From: a virus
Reading direction: 5' to 3' (one strand)
Length of the DNA stretch: 64,000 nt
IMG/VR virus record: IMGVR_UViG_3300037420_001273
The notes under the pieces were generated by a model. It saw only the letters and a list, made by a program, of their open reading frames with translations, was not told the DNA's origin and searched no databases. How positions within the stretch are numbered: position 1 is the first letter of the stretch; each line of letters starts with the position of its first letter. This document shows positions 17,909-24,293 of this stretch, piece by piece. The position numbers were made by a program, and so were the translations under genes.

Positions 17909-20283
17909 CCCTTCGCTCCTACAGCTTTGAGCTCAGGCTTGCCGGTCGGTGCGAACAAGCGCTTGAAGCGGGGCCACTGCGTGAGGTCGCGCCACTGCAC
18001 CTTCAAGCCGTAGACGGGCTCGCCGTCGACGCGTACGCGCTCGGTGGTGATGCGATGATGCTTGACGAAGCTGGTGAATTTGTTCGGGCTGTCGGGGATC
18101 TTGCCGACGGTGTACTCGAAGATGGCACGCAGCTCGTCGCGAGCGATATTGCAGCGGCCGTCGTTCATGTCCGTGCGCTCGAGCAGGCTCTTGATCACGT
18201 TCTTGTAGTCCTCGACCTTCGCGATCGAGCTGGCGCTGCCGAGGTAGCGGCTGTCCGTCGGCAGCTGGTCGATGAAGAACTCCATGTCGCCCTTGAGCAG
18301 CGCGTTCGCGACGCTGTCGGCTGAGGACTCGGTCAGGTCCATCAATGTGTCACGGTCGGCGTTTTGCAGAACGTTGAAGACCTTCGCGCGGTCGACCTTG
18401 AGTGCGAGCAGGAAGTCGTGGAACGGCTGCAGCTCGCGCTCGATCGTGGCCAGGTCTTTCTCGGTCAGCACGATCTTGTTCGGCTGGTACTTCGCGACGT
18501 TGAAGCGTCGATCATCCTTGGTCACGCGCACGGGTGCTGAGGCGTTCGAGCAAAAGATCCACGCGGTGTAGTTGCGCACCAGGCGAGCAGTGGCATGCAT
18601 GCGGCGCACCGGGATGAACTCATCGGTGATGTACATGCGCAGGTCCGCCATGGCTCCGCGCTCGTTCGACAGTGCGTTGGTCTCGACCTCATCGACGGTG
18701 ATCAGCAGGTTGTTCTCGATGAAGTCGTTGAACTTCTCGTCGAGCTGCTTCATGCGGATGACGGTGGAGTGCTGCAGGCCGAAGAGCGGGCGCAGGATCT
18801 TCGCGACCAGCGTGCCCTTACCTGTGCCGGGGATGCCGTGAAAGACCCAGGCGGTGAGCGGACGATCGCGTTCCTGCAGCACGTAGGCCAGCCAGTTGAC
18901 GAAATGGTTGTACGAGTCCGTGTCGTTGCCGCACACGTGCTCGATGACCTTGCGGATCGTCTTCGGCATATGAGCGATAGGCTTGGCCTGCGCTTTCATG
19001 AAGGAGCTCAGCTGGAACGTGTTGATGACGCGGTTGTCGATGTCCACGCGTACGCTGTCGTGCGGGTCGAACACAAGGCGCCATTCGGGGATCACGCCGT
19101 CGGGCAGCTGTATGCCGTTGGCTTTGGCGAAGTCCATCAGGACCTTGGAGCTCTTGGTTGGTTCGAGCTCGAGCTCGTCGTTGACCGAATCGTAAGTGCC
19201 GCGCCAGTAACGGTCGGTAGCTGGATCGATGAACGCGAGCTTGAGTACGCCCTGGGAGTCCGCCTTCACCGGCTGGTGGTGGAGCTGCTCCCAGTACTCA
19301 GGTAGCAGCTCCTTGGTCAGATAGATCGGCTCGCCCTTGAAGTTGAAGATGAACTCGGGGTTGTTCTCGGGGTGGTAGTACGCCCAGGAGTCACCGCCAT
19401 TGAGATTGAAGTAGACGAAGCCGCGTTCTTGCTTGATCTCGGTGACGGAGCAGACGTCGGGCTTGACCAACACCTCCATGCCGCTGTGCATCTTGTACTG
19501 CGTCTTGCGCTTGGGCAGTCCGTCGGTGGCGCGCAGCTCGTCGATGCGCTTGTTGATGGACTCGCGGTTCTTGGCGACAGTCGGGACAGCGGTGATGGAC
19601 AAGCGTTCCTTGTCCTTGCGCACGAGCGTGATGCGCGGCTGGTTCTTTAGCGGGTCTTTCACGCCCTTGAGCACCGGCGAGGCGATGTAGATCAGCTTGT
19701 CGTTCTGGCTTGCGCTGGTGTCCAGCGGCCAGTGGATCGAGTTGCCGGTCTTGGTCAGCGTCATCGACTCACGCAGCAGCGGCGTGGAGAAGTTCAGGCC
19801 GATGAGCCACTGCTTGAGCTGCGGCGCAGGCATTGGCTTGTCGAGCAGCATGAATACGTGCGCGCGCAGCTGCTTGTTCTCGAGTCCGTAGCTGGCGGAC
19901 CATTGGACGATGTAGGAGACGTCGTTCAGGCCGAGCACGAACAGAACGTCGTCGACGGTGACGGTCGCTGTCTTGCCGTCCACGGTGGTGGTGTCGGGCA
20001 GTCCGTCGATGTCCAGGCAGATCCACTCGGTGGGCTCGTTGCTGTCCGTGGTGCCGGCACGCGACTCGTTGACGAGGGTGCGAGCCAGGTGGCCTTTGAG
20101 CAGGCAGTGGTTGAGCTTGGCGTGGTGCTTGAGCACAGCTTCGAAGTCGCGCAGGTCGCGCACGTTCGCTTCGTGGCTGGTGACTTCGTAGACGTGTGGG
20201 TAGGGGGTCTTCTTGAGCGTTCCCTGCGCAAGCTCGTAGGTCTTGGTCAGGGGCACTGTGGCTTCGAGGAAGTGCAGCTTCAT
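17905..20283 (-). CDS. Primase-helicase (N-terminal primase-like region plus P-loop NTPase)
   Basis: 792 aa. P-loop FHGIPGTGKGTL with downstream LLITVDEV. The overall architecture resembles VirE/D5-type phage or plasmid primase-helicases (from memory). It is the first long gene of the leftward operon. Confidence 0.9.
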   Translation of the reverse strand: MKLHFLEATVPLTKTYELAQGTLKKTPYPHVYEVTSHEANVRDLRDFEAVLKHHAKLNHCLLKGHLARTLVNESRAGTTDSNEPTEWICLDIDGLPDTTTVDGKTATVTVDDVLFVLGLNDVSYIVQWSASYGLENKQLRAHVFMLLDKPMPAPQLKQWLIGLNFSTPLLRESMTLTKTGNSIHWPLDTSASQNDKLIYIASPVLKGVKDPLKNQPRITLVRKDKERLSITAVPTVAKNRESINKRIDELRATDGLPKRKTQYKMHSGMEVLVKPDVCSVTEIKQERGFVYFNLNGGDSWAYYHPENNPEFIFNFKGEPIYLTKELLPEYWEQLHHQPVKADSQGVLKLAFIDPATDRYWRGTYDSVNDELELEPTKSSKVLMDFAKANGIQLPDGVIPEWRLVFDPHDSVRVDIDNRVINTFQLSSFMKAQAKPIAHMPKTIRKVIEHVCGNDTDSYNHFVNWLAYVLQERDRPLTAWVFHGIPGTGKGTLVAKILRPLFGLQHSTVIRMKQLDEKFNDFIENNLLITVDEVETNALSNERGAMADLRMYITDEFIPVRRMHATARLVRNYTAWIFCSNASAPVRVTKDDRRFNVAKYQPNKIVLTEKDLATIERELQPFHDFLLALKVDRAKVFNVLQNADRDTLMDLTESSADSVANALLKGDMEFFIDQLPTDSRYLGSASSIAKVEDYKNVIKSLLERTDMNDGRCNIARDELRAIFEYTVGKIPDSPNKFTSFVKHHRITTERVRVDGEPVYGLKVQWRDLTQWPRFKRLFAPTGKPELKAVGAKG

Positions 20284-20293
20284 GGGGCGCTCA

Positions 20294-20320
20294 GTGTAGA
20301 TCGAACGAAGACGTTAGAAC
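20294..20320. promoter_or_regulatory. Dispersed motif instance
   Basis: gtgtagatcgaacgaagacgttagaac, just upstream of the primase-helicase start (20283). Confidence 0.55.
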
Positions 20321-20389
20321 AGAGCTCAAGTTCCGGTCTGGATCGGGACAACGGAACGCCAAAAACGCGCCTAAGTCCTTGATTCTTAA

Positions 20390-20564
20390 GCTTTGTTCTA
20401 ATGTTCTGTTCCATTCTTGATTTTTCTTGTATGAAAGAGAAATACTTAATATACAGAGATACTATATAAAAAGTACTGTATGGAAAAGTATGTTGGGGGG
20501 AGTATCAAAAGTGCTCTCTCCTATAAAGAGTTGGAGAGATCGGAACGGAATTTTGGAACAGGGG
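20390..20564 (+). repeat. AT-rich structured element, copy A (22-bp closing stem around a 129-nt AT-rich interior)
   Basis: The left arm 20391-20412 pairs with the right arm 20542-20563 (16 Watson-Crick pairs, 5 G:T, 1 mismatch). The element shares TTGTTCTAA[TA]GTTCTGTTCCATTCTT (25/26 identical) and TCTCCTATAAAGA with copy B at 61868-61999. Confidence 0.8.
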
Positions 20565-20584
20565 GCCGGAGCCCCCTGCGTGCG

Positions 20585-21439
20585 TCACTCGATGGCGTTG
20601 AAGTGCTTGTGCTTGAGCTGCACGCCGAGCTGCTTCTTGAGCTCGCGCACGTCGGTGAACAGTGTCGCGAAGTCGAGCGACGACACGCGGTTATCGCGCC
20701 GGGCGTTGTCGACGCAGCGGTCGAGACCGCGCATCGCAGCGTTGAGCAACTTGAACTGCGTGCGCGCGTCCAAGTCGCCGAACGGGTCGTCGTGCATCGT
20801 GTCCAGGCTGATGTTCATGCAGTTGAACAACACGGTCAGCGACTTGGCTCGGTTCTTGTCGAAGTCGTGCAGGCGCACCTGCTCGAGCTTGTCCTTGGTC
20901 GCGAGGTCATGACGCAGCGCTTCGGCCAGTTCCTTGTCGCCGTCGGCGATGAGCTCGATGAGCTGCTCGTTCTTGGCGCGCGTCTCGGCGGTGACCGAGC
21001 GCAACCGCGGGTTGGAGATGACGTCGTGCAGTGCCGGGATCTTGGTCGAGTCGCCCTTATGGATGCGGTGCCAGATCTCTTCGCGGATGTCGAGCAGCAG
21101 AGCGATGCGCTGCTTCGTCTCCGTGACCTCGAAGCCTTGGTCCTGCAGGTTGGCTTCGTTCTCGTTCAGGCTCTCGACGAACGCGAGCATCGCCGCGTAC
21201 GAGTCGAACGTCGGCTCTTCCGTGTTCTGGTCGCCACGGTAGAAGTCGTTGAGCATCTGGCCGAGCGTGGCGGTGATGTTGCCGTCGGCGCTGAACGCGA
21301 TCGCGCGCATGACCTCATCCTTGATCCGGTCGTTGTCGATGGCTTCGGTCCAGTCGAGCAGATCGAACGAGAACGGGTTGAGCTGCGAGTGCACGGCAGC
21401 GGCTTGTTCGGGGGTCAGGACATGGGTTTGGTTGGCCAT
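20585..21439 (-). CDS. Hypothetical protein
   Basis: 284-aa ORF with good codon bias and GGAG upstream of the ATG. Confidence 0.75.
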   Translation of the reverse strand: MANQTHVLTPEQAAAVHSQLNPFSFDLLDWTEAIDNDRIKDEVMRAIAFSADGNITATLGQMLNDFYRGDQNTEEPTFDSYAAMLAFVESLNENEANLQDQGFEVTETKQRIALLLDIREEIWHRIHKGDSTKIPALHDVISNPRLRSVTAETRAKNEQLIELIADGDKELAEALRHDLATKDKLEQVRLHDFDKNRAKSLTVLFNCMNISLDTMHDDPFGDLDARTQFKLLNAAMRGLDRCVDNARRDNRVSSLDFATLFTDVRELKKQLGVQLKHKHFNAIE

Positions 21440-21529
21440 GATGAAGTTCTCCAGGTAAGTTGCGTTGAATGCCGGTTACGTCGAACGACTCCATCACTCA
21501 GGACGCTCGTCGTTCTTTCCGGCGGTATT

Positions 21530-21709
21530 TCACCCGTGGTTGAGCGTAAGCAAGGCGAGGGGCATGCCCAGATCCTCTTCGTGCTCGGCGACTTCGTCGA
21601 ACACGGGATCGTCGGACTCGGTGATGGGTTCTAGCTCGAGTTCATCGCGTGGTTGCTCCAGTAGATCGAACGAAGAGATGCGAACGCGAACGACAGCTAC
21701 GCGGGCCAT
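21530..21709 (-). CDS. Possible small acidic protein (59 aa, below ORF-track cutoff)
   Basis: Own translation: MARVAVVRVRISSFDLLEQPRDELELEPITESDDPVFDEVAEHEEDLGMPLALLTLNHG. It reads through the dispersed motif at 21661-21685 and overlaps the upstream ORF by 13 nt. The region may instead be an untranslated leader. Confidence 0.3.
   Translation of the reverse strand: MARVAVVRVRISSFDLLEQPRDELELEPITESDDPVFDEVAEHEEDLGMPLALLTLNHG
21661..21685. promoter_or_regulatory. Dispersed motif instance
   Basis: gtagatcgaacgaagagatgcgaac. Confidence 0.5.
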
Positions 21710-21828
21710 GCCAGCAGTACTCCCGTCGCTGCGAAGGCGGCGACGCCGCCGATCGTGTACAACGCGTCAGCGAGAGTGAAGCTGAGCGTGTGCACACGTT
21801 TGCCGATGATGAGGATGTGAATCTTCAT
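21697..21828 (-). CDS. Possible small membrane protein (43 aa)
   Basis: Internal start MKIHILIIGKRVHTLSFTLADALYTIGGVAAFAATGVLLAWPA. There is a TGATG junction with the upstream stop. The longer ORF-track version has an implausible N-terminus. Confidence 0.35.
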   Translation of the reverse strand: MKIHILIIGKRVHTLSFTLADALYTIGGVAAFAATGVLLAWPA

Positions 21829-22055
21829 CACTGCAACCTGAACTTCTTCAGGACTTCGTTGGCCTGCTCGGTGTTCTCGATCTTCGGCTCGATGTACGTG
21901 CCACCGAGTTGCTGCCGAGCGAAGGCTTGGGCGATGCGGCATTGCACTTCCAGGTCGACCATGAAGGTCAGAAAGATGAACTGCTCTTCGGGCAGGCCGT
22001 GCAAGAACGCGCGCAGCGCTTCGACGTCCTTAGGGTTGCTGGGTTGAAGGTCCAT
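21828..22055 (-). CDS. Hypothetical small protein
   Basis: 75-aa ORF with good codon bias. Confidence 0.55.
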   Translation of the reverse strand: MDLQPSNPKDVEALRAFLHGLPEEQFIFLTFMVDLEVQCRIAQAFARQQLGGTYIEPKIENTEQANEVLKKFRLQ

Positions 22056-22067
22056 GTGAGCTCTCCT

Positions 22068-22349
22068 CTAGAGCTTGTGGCTGATGCTGATCCAGCCAGG
22101 TTGGTACTTGCCGCGCTCGATGTAGCCGAACGCTTTGCGGCCGAGGCCGATGCACGCAGAGCAGGTCAGGGCGCTGATCGCCGCGACCATCATTCCGCTG
22201 TACGTGCCGTAGTGAAGGAAGTTCACCAGCACGAACACGGCGATATCGAGCGCAAGCGGGTGACTGAGCATCCACATGCGTCGCTTCCACGACAGCTTGC
22301 AGAACATCGTGATCAGGCCGATCGCGACGATGAGACCCATCTCGATCAT
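22068..22349 (-). CDS. Membrane protein (93 aa, about 3 TM segments)
   Basis: This is only the C-terminal part of the 262-aa track ORF. The start MIEMGLIVAIGL (ATG 22349) forms an ATGA overlap with the upstream gene. The upstream part of the long ORF is Arg-rich shadow sequence. Confidence 0.6.
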   Translation of the reverse strand: MIEMGLIVAIGLITMFCKLSWKRRMWMLSHPLALDIAVFVLVNFLHYGTYSGMMVAAISALTCSACIGLGRKAFGYIERGKYQPGWISISHKL

Positions 22350-22759
22350 GCGAACCTCCTTCGCGTCCACGTGGTGAACGCGTGCCAGTGCTGGTCGATG
22401 CGCCGGCCGACGATGTAGTCGAACGCGATGCTCGATGCCTGGATCGATGCATAGACTGCGAGTACGATGCCGACGCACCACAGCACCATCGAGAACACGC
22501 TTGAAGCGCTGAGCGTTATGGCGCTGAGCGCGATCGCTTCGGTCATCCAGCTGACCGAATAGCCCACGCCCAGGCCGAACAGCATCGATGCGATGACCGC
22601 GGTGATGGCGCGGCTCCAGTGCGGCACGTTCAGATGCGTGAACAGCCGCTTCTGCGCTTCGAGGTACTCGCGCCACAGGCGTGTTTCCTCGATGTCGTTG
22701 CTCAGTTGCTCGGTCGTGATCGTTGCCTTCTTCGACGTACGTGGCTTCTTCGTTTCCAT
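22346..22759 (-). CDS. Membrane protein (137 aa)
   Basis: A charged N-terminus is followed by hydrophobic helices (AITAVIASMLFGLGVGYSV ..., SVFSMVLWCVGIVLAVYA). AAGGAG lies upstream. Confidence 0.65.
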   Translation of the reverse strand: METKKPRTSKKATITTEQLSNDIEETRLWREYLEAQKRLFTHLNVPHWSRAITAVIASMLFGLGVGYSVSWMTEAIALSAITLSASSVFSMVLWCVGIVLAVYASIQASSIAFDYIVGRRIDQHWHAFTTWTRRRFA

Positions 22760-22798
22760 GAGTGATCTCCTTCGTTGTATCCACTCGGATACATCGGT

Positions 22799-22987
22799 TC
22801 AGATAGAACGAGGCCCGCGGTTTTTGCGGGCCTCGAACAACATCTCGCTGAGCCAAGACCGTTTGCGTCGGCGCTTGGCGCGCGATGGCTTCATCCAGTC
22901 GTCGCTCGGTAGCTTCTCGGCTTCGACACGACGCACTTGCTCAGCCAGCTCTTCGTTGCTGAGCCATTCGCTGCGGTTGCGCTTCAC
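22799..22987 (-). CDS. Small Arg-rich protein
   Basis: 62 aa with a basic tract, PSRAKRRRKRSW. The last 12 codons overlap the GC-rich hairpin at 22809-22835. Confidence 0.45.
   Translation of the reverse strand: MKRNRSEWLSNEELAEQVRRVEAEKLPSDDWMKPSRAKRRRKRSWLSEMLFEARKNRGPRSI
22809..22835 (-). promoter_or_regulatory. GC-rich hairpin with A-rich loop (minus-sense CGAGGCCCGC-AAAAACC-GCGGGCCUCG) followed by TTCTATCT box
   Basis: A 10-bp perfect stem. It has the same loop and the same following box type as the hairpin at 23426-23450. Confidence 0.45.
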
Positions 22988-23277
22988 CTCAGAGCCCCCG
23001 TCTGCCGGCGCACCGTTCCGCCGTTCTTTTTGGCTTCGTTCGACGCCCGAACAAAGTCTCCGGGCACTGCCGGATCGAACTCGTACACGCGCTTCGGTGC
23101 ACTCGCGTTCTGCTTGGCTGAACGCTTCGTGCTCAGTTGCTTGAACGCTTCGAGCTTGGACTGCAGCGCAGCCTTGTCGCCTTCGAGCTCCGCGATGCGC
23201 AGCCGCGCGGCTTCGAGCTGAGCGTTGCGCTCCGCCAGCGCCTGCGCGAGCTCCAGCTTGGTGGGCTTAGCGGCCAT
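22984..23277 (-). CDS. Hypothetical coiled-coil protein
   Basis: The start was moved to MAAKPTKLE (ATG 23277), preceded by GGAGG at 6-nt spacing. It contains a coiled-coil segment, LELAQALAERNAQLEAARLRIAELEGDKAALQSKLEAF. Confidence 0.6.
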   Translation of the reverse strand: MAAKPTKLELAQALAERNAQLEAARLRIAELEGDKAALQSKLEAFKQLSTKRSAKQNASAPKRVYEFDPAVPGDFVRASNEAKKNGGTVRRQTGALR

Positions 23278-23377
23278 GGCGCACCTCCACACAGCAGCGC
23301 AGCTGCTCGCTGTCGTTGAGCACGAGCACGTAGTGCGACGCAGCTGCGAGCGCGCAGATGATCAAGTACTTGGTCAT
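23267..23377 (-). CDS. Possible 36-aa hydrophobic peptide, first gene of leftward block
   Basis: MTKYLIICALAAASHYVLVLNDSEQLRCCVEVRHGR. AAGGAG lies 6 nt upstream of ATG 23377. Confidence 0.4.
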   Translation of the reverse strand: MTKYLIICALAAASHYVLVLNDSEQLRCCVEVRHGR

Positions 23378-23425
23378 CACGATCTCCTTGGGTTGATGAA
23401 CGAACACAACCTCATGAGATCGAAC

Positions 23426-23450
23426 AGGGCGCGCGGTTTTTGCGCGCCCT
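23426..23450 (-). promoter_or_regulatory. GC-rich hairpin with A-rich loop (minus-sense AGGGCGCGC-AAAAACC-GCGCGCCCU) followed by GTTCGATCT box
   Basis: A 9-bp perfect stem, about 50 nt upstream of the first leftward gene (ATG 23377). Confidence 0.45.
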
Positions 23451-23578
23451 GCCACCCGGAGCACAAAGGAATCCTTTTCCCCGGAGCGAAACACGAATCC
23501 GAAGTGGGGTGTCGAACGAGGCGACGGGGGAGGGGAGACTCAGTTCCCCGGCTATGCAGCTACAAAGCAAAAATATCT

Positions 23579-23606
23579 GGGGGTGTAAAAAAAACTTTAC
23601 ACCCCC
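23579..23606. promoter_or_regulatory. Perfect 11-bp inverted repeat in divergent control region
   Basis: gggggtgtaaa-aaaaac-tttacaccccc, lying between the leftward and rightward operons. Confidence 0.45.
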
Positions 23607-23651
23607 ATCCCCCTCGAACGCGACCGAACAAAAAAAATTTAGAAAACTGGC

Positions 23652-23674
23652 GTTCGATCGAAGTTCTATCTAAG
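23652..23674. promoter_or_regulatory. Dispersed motif instance (reverse orientation)
   Basis: gttcgatcgaagttctatctaag, about 10 nt upstream of the TerS start. Confidence 0.55.
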
Positions 23675-23684
23675 ATTGCGGGCT

Positions 23685-24293
23685 ATGGCAGCAGGACAGA
23701 TGCCCGCCCCTCATCGTCGCGGAAAGAACAACAAGGGAAGTGACTCGAAGACCCTGAAGGCGAACTACCGCGGGCTCGCCGACATGTCGCCGGCTGAGGT
23801 CGAGCAGCTGCCGGACGATGGCACGTGGAAGCCGAGCGAGAAGGCCCGCAACTTCGTCAAGCACTGGGCCTCCGGCGAGTCGATCCGCAACGCCGCCTAC
23901 AAGGCGGGCTATGGCTTAGACGCCGCGTACGCCTACAAGCTCGTGCGCCACCCCACAGTGCTGCGCATGTACAACGAGGAGAAGGTCAAGTACGAGCAGG
24001 CGGCGCAGATGACGCGCAAGAAGGTCATGGACGGCCTGCTCGAGGCCGTGGAGATGGCCAAGCTGATGGCCGAGCCCGCTTCGATGATCGCCGGCTGGCG
24101 CGAGATCGGGAAGATGTGCGGCTACTACGAGCCGGTGAAGAAGACGATCGACGTCAACGTCACCGGTAACGTCGTGATGGAGCGCCTGAACCGCCTGTCC
24201 GACGCCGAGCTGCTCAAGCTGATCACCCAGGAGGTCTCCAGTGTTGTCGAGCAAGAGCTCCTCACCGACGAATCCGGCGACGAAGACGCCTGA
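23685..24293 (+). CDS. Terminase small subunit
   Basis: It is the first gene of the rightward operon and lies directly upstream of TerL. It has an HTH-like region, SIRNAAYKAGYGLDAAYAYKLVRHP, and the size and shape of Terminase_2-type small subunits (from memory). An alternative TTG start is at 23676. Confidence 0.75.
   Translation: MAAGQMPAPHRRGKNNKGSDSKTLKANYRGLADMSPAEVEQLPDDGTWKPSEKARNFVKHWASGESIRNAAYKAGYGLDAAYAYKLVRHPTVLRMYNEEKVKYEQAAQMTRKKVMDGLLEAVEMAKLMAEPASMIAGWREIGKMCGYYEPVKKTIDVNVTGNVVMERLNRLSDAELLKLITQEVSSVVEQELLTDESGDEDA

Noticed and set aside
20427-20912. 161-aa plus-strand ORF starting inside AT-rich element A.
   Set aside because: It begins at TTG in the AT-rich non-coding element and then runs antisense through the 284-aa gene. 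It has no codon bias.
22068-22856. 262-aa minus-strand ORF as a single gene.
   Set aside because: Its N-terminal two thirds are Arg/His-rich shadow sequence overlapping the better 137-aa membrane-protein ORF. Only the last 93 aa, which start with an ATGA-coupled ATG at 22349, look coding.
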